This document shows positions 6,534 to 14,750 of a stretch of DNA of 27,430 nt, piece by piece. Numbering within the stretch: position 1 is the stretch's first letter; every line of letters starts with the position of its first letter. Source of the DNA: Candidatus Hydrogenedentota bacterium (GTDB taxonomy: Bacteria; Hydrogenedentota; Hydrogenedentia; Hydrogenedentales; CAITNO01); assembly GCA_011046175.1 (NCBI GenBank), contig DSBB01000330.1, positions 1 to 27,430 of the forward strand. Direction: 5' to 3'. A program made the position numbers and the translations under genes. The notes under the pieces were generated by a model. It did no database searches, was not told the DNA's origin, and was given only the letters and a program-made list of their open reading frames with translations.

Positions 6534-8822
6534 ATGAACGAGAGATGCGGCAATATAAGGGTAAAATTATTGGGGTGCATGTTGGCTGCCGCGCTGCTAT
6601 TGTGCGCGCCATTCCCGGCGTCAGCGGAGCGCACCCCCCGTATTCTGCTTGCCGGGGACAGCTGGACGGGGTTTATGCTCGCATTCAGATCATACCGCGA
6701 TGTGCTGGACCAGCGTGAGGGTCTCGAGCGTTGGGTTGAAGTGGGCAACCGTACCGCGGTTATGGGCGTGCGCGCATGGGAAATTCTTGAAAACGAAGAT
6801 ATGGACTATTTTAACGTGTTGGCCAATGAACTCACGCGCTTTCCGAACATTGACGTGGTGGTGATGGCCCTCGGCGGGAACGATATCCTGCGCGGAACAA
6901 AAGGGGTGGACCCCGGCAATTATGATCGCCAAGTCAGGTTAAGCCATTGTTATGATTATCCTGTGGACGCATGGTCCAGCACGGAAGAATGCATCCAATG
7001 GATGGGGGAGGCGTTGGAGATTCAGATTGGACAGATAGTGGACTACATACTGAGCGTGCGGCCCGACATACGCGTGGCAATTGTCAGCTACGACTACGGC
7101 GCGCGCGAGCCGGACGAAGGGTATACGATTGAAGAACAGCATCTGGCCTTTATACAGGTCGAGATGAGCAAGCGGAACGTGGCGCTGGCGCGAGACCGCG
7201 TTGCTTATGTGAACAATTTCGGTTTGATGCAGTATTTGTACGGCATACCGGAAGCGGAGCCGCCCATACCGCCGGAAACGGTGCCTTATCCATGCAACGC
7301 CCCTGATGACCCCGCCTATTGTCTCACGGATTGGCCGGGCGGCGATCCGGCTCATCTTTCGCCGCTTGACGCCTACATAGACAATGATATTCACCTTACG
7401 GATATCGGTTACCGGGATATCGCCAACCGCTCATTGGACTTTTGTATTGAAGAATGGTTGAATTATCCCAAAGCGCTGGAGATTCTGCCGCTGGACAACA
7501 AAGAACCTTTGTACCAGTTCCAAGTGACGTTTTCGCATCCGGTTGAAGGCGTGGACGCCACCGATTTCGAGGTGTTTATTCAGGAAAAGGGGTTGTTGAA
7601 AGCGATGGGCATCGCAAGCGTCTTGCCCGCGTCGGGGCCCGCCGACGTCTACACCGTTACGGTTGACATGGACGGCGTGCAGCAGGCGGCCTACATCATT
7701 GTTCAGGATGACGATTCCATTTACCGGCCGGATACGCTGGCGCCTTTGGGCGGACCCAACCCCGGAAACGGCGAGTTCGTTTATAACGGACTGTATGAAT
7801 TCGTGGACTTGACCCCGCCGGACGACGGCGATTTTGATCATGCCATGCAATACCTGTACATGGCGTCGCAAGCCTACGAATACCTGCTCTTCGGTTTCAG
7901 CTTTGATCCCCAATACTTCGACGCCAACGGCAATTTCTTTGACCATAGTTTTGATGATCCCATTTACATCGCCGGCAACGCGTTGCTGGATTCGTGTGAG
8001 TTTGCCCTTATTAAGGCTTGCCTCGACGACCCGAGTATTGATTTGAGCGCCAATGGCGGCCTGGTCGCGCAGGATGTGGTGGATGCGTGGGAAAACAATC
8101 TCGGATGGATTCAATACACCATGGGCGGCGTGGATGGCCTCGCAAACATTATTCTGCCGGGGCTGGACACGGTGCTGACCGGTTTTGTTACCGTCGGCGA
8201 TGACGACTCCAAACTGCTTGTGGCGGCGTTAATCAGCCTGGTGTCAACCATCGAGGAGTTCCCCTTCGAGTTTAATATTGACGGCTTGGATTTCGGCGAC
8301 GGCGAAGAAAACCCGGGCAACTATGTTCGTCTTCCGGACTGGCTTTCCTATTACGGAGACGCCAGCGGAAATGGCTGGAACAACGAACAAATTTACGCCT
8401 ACTTTGCGCCCGACGGCGTTGCGTCTTATGTCAATGCCGCGCTGAATCCCAATGCCGTGCCCAGGACCGGCGAAGGGCATTATTTCGAAGGACGCTTTGT
8501 GCGCATTGCCGTGCTCGACCATGCCAAGTCGAGCTCGCCGTGGCAATGGTATCGCGACGGCGTGCCGCTTGTGGACGACGGACGCATTACCGGCGCCAAC
8601 CGCCGAAACCTCGACATCCTGTCCGTGCAGAAAAGCGACGAAGGCGCCTACACCTGCGACTATATACCCAAAGGCTTTAACACAACCGTGCAGACGTACG
8701 GGCCGATAAATATTACGGTGGCCGAGGGGGATGTGCCCGCAAGCGGCGTCACGACGCTTGTTCTTATCGCTGTGGCGGCAGGCGCGGCGGGTATCGCCGC
8801 AATTCGCCGGAAACGCCCATAA
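6534..8822 (+). CDS. Secreted or surface SGNH/GDSL hydrolase with Ig-like domains and a C-terminal membrane anchor
   Basis: Signal peptide ending ASA; LAGDSW (block I), LGGND (block III), DNDIH (block V); FQVTFSHPVEGVDATDF Ig-like module; WQWYRDG...SDEGAYTC I-set Ig domain; C-terminus VPASG + hydrophobic helix + RRKRP. Confidence 0.8.
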   Translation: MNERCGNIRVKLLGCMLAAALLLCAPFPASAERTPRILLAGDSWTGFMLAFRSYRDVLDQREGLERWVEVGNRTAVMGVRAWEILENEDMDYFNVLANELTRFPNIDVVVMALGGNDILRGTKGVDPGNYDRQVRLSHCYDYPVDAWSSTEECIQWMGEALEIQIGQIVDYILSVRPDIRVAIVSYDYGAREPDEGYTIEEQHLAFIQVEMSKRNVALARDRVAYVNNFGLMQYLYGIPEAEPPIPPETVPYPCNAPDDPAYCLTDWPGGDPAHLSPLDAYIDNDIHLTDIGYRDIANRSLDFCIEEWLNYPKALEILPLDNKEPLYQFQVTFSHPVEGVDATDFEVFIQEKGLLKAMGIASVLPASGPADVYTVTVDMDGVQQAAYIIVQDDDSIYRPDTLAPLGGPNPGNGEFVYNGLYEFVDLTPPDDGDFDHAMQYLYMASQAYEYLLFGFSFDPQYFDANGNFFDHSFDDPIYIAGNALLDSCEFALIKACLDDPSIDLSANGGLVAQDVVDAWENNLGWIQYTMGGVDGLANIILPGLDTVLTGFVTVGDDDSKLLVAALISLVSTIEEFPFEFNIDGLDFGDGEENPGNYVRLPDWLSYYGDASGNGWNNEQIYAYFAPDGVASYVNAALNPNAVPRTGEGHYFEGRFVRIAVLDHAKSSSPWQWYRDGVPLVDDGRITGANRRNLDILSVQKSDEGAYTCDYIPKGFNTTVQTYGPINITVAEGDVPASGVTTLVLIAVAAGAAGIAAIRRKRP

Positions 8823-8947
8823 ACATAGCACGAAATCTGCCGCCCAGAGTAGTTCGCTATCGCGGCCAGCCTTGGGCTTTGTTGCGGAATCCCATTGGGA
8901 TACGTTGGCGGAATACAGGGCGCTGTGCGCTGCGTATGCTCGAATGG

Positions 8948-9730
8948 TCAGCGATTCGCCTGTCGTGGACGCACGCCGAACACGTAATTCTCATCGGCCA
9001 TTTGTTGTGACATCCCCGTTCTCCTGTTGGGGTGGTGTCTGGGGTGATATCCATGAGCCATCATCATTACTGGGTTCTTGTCTGCCATTGCCCAAACAGA
9101 CCAGTCGGCGGTTCCCTGCAGAAATTCCATATCCATCTCTTGTGTGTTCGGCCGGAAATCCGTCAACTCCTTATAGAGTGGCAGCCGCCACCCGCCACCC
9201 GCGATATCGCATGCAGCCAGCCATTCTTCCGCCTGTTTACTTGTCATCTGCTCTTCAGGGCCGACTATCCACTCAAGGTTGGTTGCGTCATCCGAAATGA
9301 CGCTTTCTGCCGAAACGGAAAACCGCGGACCAAATGTGATCAGATTAGCAACACGGCTGCCGTCGCTTCTTAGATAAGCCCTTTCAATAACCAAAGGCTT
9401 TCGCAGCACTTCGGTTTCGCCCCGTGGCGCGGTTTCAATCTGCATCGAAGTATCGCTTGTCCACTTGTCCGACCACGGCTTCAACACATACTCCCAGGAA
9501 GGGAAAAGCCCCTCCAGCCGGAATGCGCCGTCGGCGTCGGTCACCGTCTCGAACTGTTCATAACCTGCAACGAGGCGCTCCGCCTGCACCGCTGTGATCT
9601 TTACTCCCGGGACAGGGTTGCCGTTCCAGTCCACCAGCAGTCCCTCAACCGCCGATGCCATTTCGTTGCCGCCCGCCGCCGAAAATGGCAACGCCGCCGC
9701 GATCAAAACACACAGAGCGAGATGCTTCAT
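8948..9730 (-). CDS. Secreted protein: carboxypeptidase-regulatory-like beta domain plus DUF1566 (Lcl C-terminal) domain
   Basis: AGGAGG RBS and signal peptide; GLLVDWNGNPVPGVKI...TDADGAFRLEGL; ISDDATNLEW...A..W.....GGGWRLP..KEL. Confidence 0.72.
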   Translation of the reverse strand: MKHLALCVLIAAALPFSAAGGNEMASAVEGLLVDWNGNPVPGVKITAVQAERLVAGYEQFETVTDADGAFRLEGLFPSWEYVLKPWSDKWTSDTSMQIETAPRGETEVLRKPLVIERAYLRSDGSRVANLITFGPRFSVSAESVISDDATNLEWIVGPEEQMTSKQAEEWLAACDIAGGGWRLPLYKELTDFRPNTQEMDMEFLQGTADWSVWAMADKNPVMMMAHGYHPRHHPNRRTGMSQQMADENYVFGVRPRQANR

Positions 9731-9773
9731 GATGCATCCTCCTGTTTATCGGTGTAACACCATGCCTGATACT

Positions 9774-9802
9774 ATTCTAGTGAGTCTGTGCCAATAAGTC
9801 AA
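9774..9802 (-). promoter_or_regulatory. Sigma70-type promoter for the DUF1566 gene
   Basis: Minus strand TTGACT-17 nt-TAGAAT. Confidence 0.65.
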
Positions 9803-9893
9803 CCGTTTTGCGGACGTTTGACCATGTGCCACCAGCGTTTGCAATGAATCGGGATGCAACCCCGTTGGGCAAAGCAGGTGCAGACCCGTCTCA

Positions 9894-10098
9894 CTTCCGT
9901 TGGTCGCCCGCTTGTGTCAGTCCCTGTTTTGCCGGGGGACAGGAATGTCTCTCCTTCATTGGGGAGTTGTTTGCTATGCGTAAAGATTGTTCAGGAATAT
10001 ATACGCCCTTCCGTTGGTTTTTATGTGCAAAGGGGCTGGAAGAATTGAACCAACGGAAGACAGGCGAGTGTGTAAGCCTTGTAAACAGAATGAAGGAG
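9894..10098 (+). promoter_or_regulatory. Structured leader upstream of sod with an anti-Shine-Dalgarno stem
   Basis: CTCCTTCATT (9951-9960) is the exact complement of AATGAAGGAG (10089-10098, the RBS). CTTCCGTTGGTT (10008-10019) pairs with AACCAACGGAAG (10048-10059). A second CTTCCGTTGGT lies at 9894-9904. Confidence 0.5.
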
Positions 10099-10104
10099 TA
10101 CATC

Positions 10105-10824
10105 ATGGATACTTCCAGAAGAGATTTTTTCCGGGTGGCCGGCGGCGTTGCCGCGACGGGTGTATTATCGGGTGTTTTTTCACAAAGCGCCTCTGCACAA
10201 AGCACGGGCCCATTAACCAAGCACGAACTTCCGGCGCCGCCCTATGCCTACGACGCGCTGGAACCGTACATTGACACGACAACGATGGAGCTCCATCACA
10301 GCAAACATCATGCGGCGTATGTCAACGGCTTGAATGCCGTCGAGGCGGCGCTGGCTCAAGCGCGCGCATCGGGCGATTATGCGCTGACGCAGTACTGGAC
10401 CAAGCGAGCCGCCTTTAACGGCGGCGGCCATTTCCTGCACAGCATGTTCTGGAAGGTGATGGCGCCACCCAATGCGGGCGGCGGGGGCGAACCCTCCGGT
10501 GAGTTGCGCAAGAAGATAGACCGTGATTTCGGCAGTTTCGACGCATTCAAAAAGCAGTTCAGCGCTGCGTCCGCGCAAGTGGAAGGCAGCGGCTGGGGAC
10601 TTTTGCATTACAGGCCTGAAGATGACCGACTCGTCGTATTACAGGCGGAAGACCATCACAAGCTGACCGTATGGGGCGTATGGCCCATACTGTGCGTTGA
10701 CGTATGGGAGCACGCTTACTACCTGAAGTACCAGAACAAACGCTCCGATTACATTGACGCCTGGTGGAATGTGGTCAATTGGGACCAGGTTTCGGCCAAC
10801 CTTGACGCGCTGCAACCTTCATAA
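10105..10824 (+). CDS. sod: Fe/Mn superoxide dismutase with a Tat signal peptide
   Basis: GAAGGAG RBS; SRRDFF Tat motif and ASA cleavage site; ELPAPPYAYDALEPYI, HHSKHH, FNGGGH, GSGWG, DVWEHAYY. Confidence 0.93.
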   Translation: MDTSRRDFFRVAGGVAATGVLSGVFSQSASAQSTGPLTKHELPAPPYAYDALEPYIDTTTMELHHSKHHAAYVNGLNAVEAALAQARASGDYALTQYWTKRAAFNGGGHFLHSMFWKVMAPPNAGGGGEPSGELRKKIDRDFGSFDAFKKQFSAASAQVEGSGWGLLHYRPEDDRLVVLQAEDHHKLTVWGVWPILCVDVWEHAYYLKYQNKRSDYIDAWWNVVNWDQVSANLDALQPS

Positions 10825-10873
10825 CCACACAATAAGGACGCACTCAGCCACATTTCCTGAGACCATGACCAAA

Positions 10874-10925
10874 GCCGGGCGCCACTCCCCTCCAACCACA
10901 CGCACAGGCGCCCGGCGAACTTTTT
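10874..10925 (+). terminator. Probable intrinsic terminator after sod
   Basis: GCCGGGCGCC (10874-10883) pairs with GGCGCCCGGC (10907-10916), followed by GAAC and TTTTT; the loop is large. Confidence 0.45.
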
Positions 10926-11230
10926 CATCAGGTGCGGGGCAGCCACGAATAAAACATTGTAGGCGGCGCATCCGGTGGATTGATTTCCGCCGGTTTAGTT
11001 CTACCGGCCTTTAAGTGTTTTTCTGCCAGACGCCAATCATGATCACCGTTCCCGCGCAAAACGCGCTCAAAGAGTTTTCTGGATTTGCCCACGCGCGATT
11101 CACTATCATGTTAAGCGGACGTTGCCGCCGTCGTGCGCTTGGGTCGGACGGTGACGGCGACGCAATAACCGCACTGGTTGGGATCAGGAAACCTCAATAA
11201 AGAAAAATCTGGTGAGAGGAAGCATTCATT

Positions 11231-12688
11231 ATGGGCGGTTTTTTTGCCGTTGCGTCAAAGGAAGATTGTATACACGACCTGTTTTACGGCACGGATTATC
11301 ATTCCCACCTTGGCACCTGTCGTGGAGGTCTTGCCGCGCTGGGCGAACGCGAGTTTCACCGTCATATTCATGACATCTCGAACGCTCAGTTCAGGTCGAA
11401 ATTTGAAGATGACGTCAAAACAATGGAAGGGTATATGGGCATTGGCGTCATCAGCGACAACGAATCACAACCGTTGATTATTGGGTCGCACCTGGGCAAC
11501 TACGCTATTGTCACCGTGGGTTTGATTACCAATCTCGAGGACTTGGCGCGGGACGCGTTCCGCCGGCGCATCACCCATTTTTCGGAGATGAGCAGCATTG
11601 GCATCAATCCCACCGAGCTTGTCGCCACACTGATTAATGAAGGCGCTACCTTTACCGAGGGCGTCAGCATTGCCCAGGAACGAATAGAAGGCTCCTGTTC
11701 CATTCTTCTGCTGACGAAGGAGGGCATATATGTGGCGCGAGACCTGTTCGGACGCACGCCGGTGATCATCGGAAAAAAGCCCGGAGCGTACGCCGCCACA
11801 TTCGAGACGTCCGCTTTCCCTAATCTTGATTATGATGTGGAGCGTTACCTCGGGCCCGGCGAGATAACGCTGATGACCCCCGACGGCGTGGAACAAAAAA
11901 GGCCGTCCGGGAAATTTATGCAAATATGCGCGTTTCTCTGGGTGTATTACGGTTTCCCGTCATCTAGTTATGAAGGCATTAATGTGGAAGCCGCCCGATA
12001 CCGCTGCGGCGCCGCCATTGCCGCCCGGGACAAAACAGAGGTGGACCTTGTGGCGGGCATACCTGACTCCGGCACCGGCCACGCCATTGGCTACGCCAAT
12101 TACAAGCATGTGTCTTACGGACGCCCCTTCGCCAAATACACGCCGACTTGGCCGCGCAGTTTCATGCCGCAGGACCAGGAAGTGCGCAACCTTGTCGCCA
12201 GAATGAAGCTGGTTCCCGTGCCTGACCTGGTCATGAACAAGCGCCTGTTGTTTTGTGATGATTCCATTGTCCGGGGAACCCAACTCGCCGACACCATCAA
12301 ACGCCTGTATGAAGCGGGCGCGCGCGAGGTTCACATGCGTCCGGCGTGCCCGCCTTTGGTCTACGGATGCAAGTATTTGAATTTTTCCCGGTCCAAATCC
12401 GAGAACGATCTGGCAGGCCGCCGCACCCTGCGCGAACTGGAGGGCGGTGAAGACCGCGCGCTCGAGGAATATACAAATCCCGAGTCAGACAAGTACGCCG
12501 AAATGGTGGACCGTATCCGGCAGCGCCTGTTCCTGTCCTCGCTCGCGTATCAACGCCTTGATGACCTCGTTGCCGCCATCGGGCTGCCCAAAGAAGACCT
12601 CTGCACCTATTGCTGGGACGGGTGCGAAGGATGCGCCGGCAAACAAATGACCTTTTTGCCGGATGAGGTTTGTGGGCAGAACGAATGA
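11231..12688 (+). CDS. purF: Amidophosphoribosyltransferase (PurF family) lacking the N-terminal catalytic Cys
   Basis: Ntn-type domain plus PRTase domain: GIPDSG, DDSIVRGT, and Fe-S-type cysteines in ICAFLW, ACPPLVYGC and CTYCW. The N-terminus is MGGFF rather than MCGI. Confidence 0.88.
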   Translation: MGGFFAVASKEDCIHDLFYGTDYHSHLGTCRGGLAALGEREFHRHIHDISNAQFRSKFEDDVKTMEGYMGIGVISDNESQPLIIGSHLGNYAIVTVGLITNLEDLARDAFRRRITHFSEMSSIGINPTELVATLINEGATFTEGVSIAQERIEGSCSILLLTKEGIYVARDLFGRTPVIIGKKPGAYAATFETSAFPNLDYDVERYLGPGEITLMTPDGVEQKRPSGKFMQICAFLWVYYGFPSSSYEGINVEAARYRCGAAIAARDKTEVDLVAGIPDSGTGHAIGYANYKHVSYGRPFAKYTPTWPRSFMPQDQEVRNLVARMKLVPVPDLVMNKRLLFCDDSIVRGTQLADTIKRLYEAGAREVHMRPACPPLVYGCKYLNFSRSKSENDLAGRRTLRELEGGEDRALEEYTNPESDKYAEMVDRIRQRLFLSSLAYQRLDDLVAAIGLPKEDLCTYCWDGCEGCAGKQMTFLPDEVCGQNE

Positions 12689-12757
12689 AACAACAGCGGG
12701 GAGGGTTGTTTTGCGGCTGCCGGATAATCGCGCCCCCTCGCTTTTCCCGGCGACTGC

Positions 12758-14110
12758 TTATGGCGATGTTATTTTGGCGGTGATGTCGTATAACGACGCT
12801 TGGAGCAGTTCAACTTCGACAAACATGCCTCCTTTGATGGCGGGGTGGGGCTGAATCAGCACCGAGCCGTCCACTTCCGGCGCTTCTGCGGGGCTGCGCG
12901 CCGCCCAGGCATTCAACCCTTTGTCGTAGCCTTCCACCAATGCGCGCGTATGCCGTCCCTCGCGGCTTGCGTTGTGCCGCGCCGTTATGGCCGCCTGCAT
13001 TTCCATAAGCGTTTCGTAGCGTTCCCGCGCCACGACCGCCGGTACGGCGTTTCCCATTCCGGCGGCGGGCGTGCCTTCCTCCGGGCAGAATCGGAACGCG
13101 CCCAGCCACTCGAAGGCAATGGTTTGGGCCGCATCCAGAAGATTACGAAAGTCTTCTTCCGTTTCACCGGGGAACCCGACCATCATGGTGGTGCGCAGGG
13201 TCAGCCCGGGAATGGCGTCGCGCAGGCGGTTTATGAGCGCGATGATGTCCTGTTCCGCCCCGGGCCGTCTCATGGATTTCAGCACGGACGGTGAAACATG
13301 CTGCAACGGCATGTCGAGGTAGGGAACTATCTTGGGTTGTGTCGCCATCTGCTCGATAAACGCGGCGTTGACGCCGCCGGGGTAACAGTAAAGGCAGCGC
13401 ACCCAGAAATCGCCGGGGATGGCGCACAGGTCTCGCAGCAGATCGGGCAGGCGGTAATCGTCATACAGATCGCGTCCGTACGCGGTGATGTCCTGCGCCA
13501 CCAGATTTATCTCGAGAACACCCGCCGCCACCAGTTCCCGCGCTTCGGACAGCAATGTTTCGCGGCGTGTTGAGTGATACGCGCCCTTGATGGCGGGAAT
13601 GACGCAGAAAGTGCAGGCGTGATTGCAGCCGTCCGCGATTTTCAAGAAGGCATGGGGTCTGTCATCCAGTCGCGTGCGGACGGGCAAGGCGGCGCATCCG
13701 TGTCGCTCCGAACACCCGCCGCACAAGATGTCCGCCAACTTTTCATCTTCCCCCACGCCGAAAAATCCGTCCACCTCCGGAATTTCATTTTTCAGTTCTT
13801 CGGCGTAACGCTGGGGCAGGCATCCCGCCACGTAAACCCGCCGCGGGTTGCAGTCGTCCGCCTTGCGGCGGCACCATTCAAGAACGGTTTCAATGGATTC
13901 CTTCTTCGCGTCGTAAATGAAAGCGCAAGTGTATATGACGACCGCATCGAGCGGGGGTATCGTTTCGACATACGGCGTCAGCCCGCATACGGAAGCCAAA
14001 TCGGACAAGCGCCGCGATAATGCGCCTGCGAAATGTTCCGCGTCGGCCATGTTTTTGTCGCAGCCCAACACAACAACGCCGACAGTTCGGGAAACGCTTT
14101 TATCTTTCAT
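12758..14110 (-). CDS. rimO: Ribosomal protein uS12 methylthiotransferase RimO
   Basis: LGCDKNMADAE, TCAFI..AKKES, VAGCLPQRY, LKIADGCNHACTFC (radical SAM CxxxCxxC), LYCYP, YLDMPLQH, C-terminal TRAM with APEVDG. Confidence 0.9.
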   Translation of the reverse strand: MKDKSVSRTVGVVVLGCDKNMADAEHFAGALSRRLSDLASVCGLTPYVETIPPLDAVVIYTCAFIYDAKKESIETVLEWCRRKADDCNPRRVYVAGCLPQRYAEELKNEIPEVDGFFGVGEDEKLADILCGGCSERHGCAALPVRTRLDDRPHAFLKIADGCNHACTFCVIPAIKGAYHSTRRETLLSEARELVAAGVLEINLVAQDITAYGRDLYDDYRLPDLLRDLCAIPGDFWVRCLYCYPGGVNAAFIEQMATQPKIVPYLDMPLQHVSPSVLKSMRRPGAEQDIIALINRLRDAIPGLTLRTTMMVGFPGETEEDFRNLLDAAQTIAFEWLGAFRFCPEEGTPAAGMGNAVPAVVARERYETLMEMQAAITARHNASREGRHTRALVEGYDKGLNAWAARSPAEAPEVDGSVLIQPHPAIKGGMFVEVELLQASLYDITAKITSP

Positions 14111-14294
14111 AAGAATCCTTGTGGTTGCTTTGCACGTACTTGCGGTGAAGTATGCGGAATTCGACGAAAAAGGATCAAGCGGCGGGAATTTCGTGCAAGA
14201 ATAATCAGGGCGATTTAGTTTTTGTTTCTCAAGAGGAATGCGTGCATAGTCCTAACGCGGTTGTTGCCCGCAACCAGATTTGACTATTCTCTTT

Positions 14295-14383
14295 GTATGT
14301 TGTTCACGCTTCAGCGTGCGGCAGTAGCGCACAAACTCTGAGTCATACCCGCAACCCCGCACGCTGAAGCGTGAACAACATAC
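14295..14383. repeat. REP/REPIN-like perfect 27-bp inverted repeat
   Basis: GTATGTTGTTCACGCTTCAGCGTGCGG (14295-14321) and its exact complement (14357-14383); each arm contains the internal hairpin CACGCT-TC-AGCGTG. Confidence 0.85.
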
Positions 14384-14501
14384 CCAACTTCTTTTTCTTG
14401 ATCGCGGTTTCTGGCCAATAAGGCGCTACGCTTCGTCCGGGACTTCGCCCGGAAGAAGTGGCGCCTGCGGCGCAGTTGTCACAAATAAAACACAACGTTA
14501 G

Positions 14502-14586
14502 CGTCATTCCCGCGAAAGCGGGAATCTACGAACTTTCGCCGGTTCATGCACGATATCACGGGATTCCCGCTTTCGCGGGAATGACG
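14502..14586. repeat. REP-like perfect 25-bp inverted repeat (ATTCCC-N8-GGGAAT type)
   Basis: CGTCATTCCCGCGAAAGCGGGAATC (14502-14526) and its exact complement (14562-14586). Confidence 0.85.
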
Positions 14587-14662
14587 ATGGTTGATGCACC
14601 ACCTGCACCAAACATCTACGCGAAACGCGTAGATGTACAGAACAAAGATTTTAAGCGCCTAT

Positions 14663-14707
14663 ACGTCCTACCTATCCTACACGTCCTACCTATCCTACTT
14701 GTCCTAC
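14663..14707. repeat. 9-nt tandem repeat, NNNTCCTAC x5
   Basis: acgtcctac ctatcctac acgtcctac ctatcctac ttgtcctac. Confidence 0.88.
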
Positions 14708-14750
14708 CAACCACCATGCTGCGCAATATCCATGTCATCTATGCGAAGCG

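Noticed and set aside
9808-10104. 99-aa N-terminal extension of SOD in the ORF track
   Set aside because: The RBS and Tat motif place the start at 10105; the extension is leader sequence without stops.
11110-11200. ZTP or PRPP riboswitch upstream of purF (GGGTCG...GTGACGGCGA)
   Set aside because: Only a short resemblance; the GGTGG/CCACC stem and 3' GCCTGGGC of the ZTP motif and the ykkC-type consensus are absent.
14295-14707. CRISPR array
   Set aside because: The repeats are inverted pairs or spacer-less 9-mers, not direct repeats with unique spacers, and there are no cas genes.
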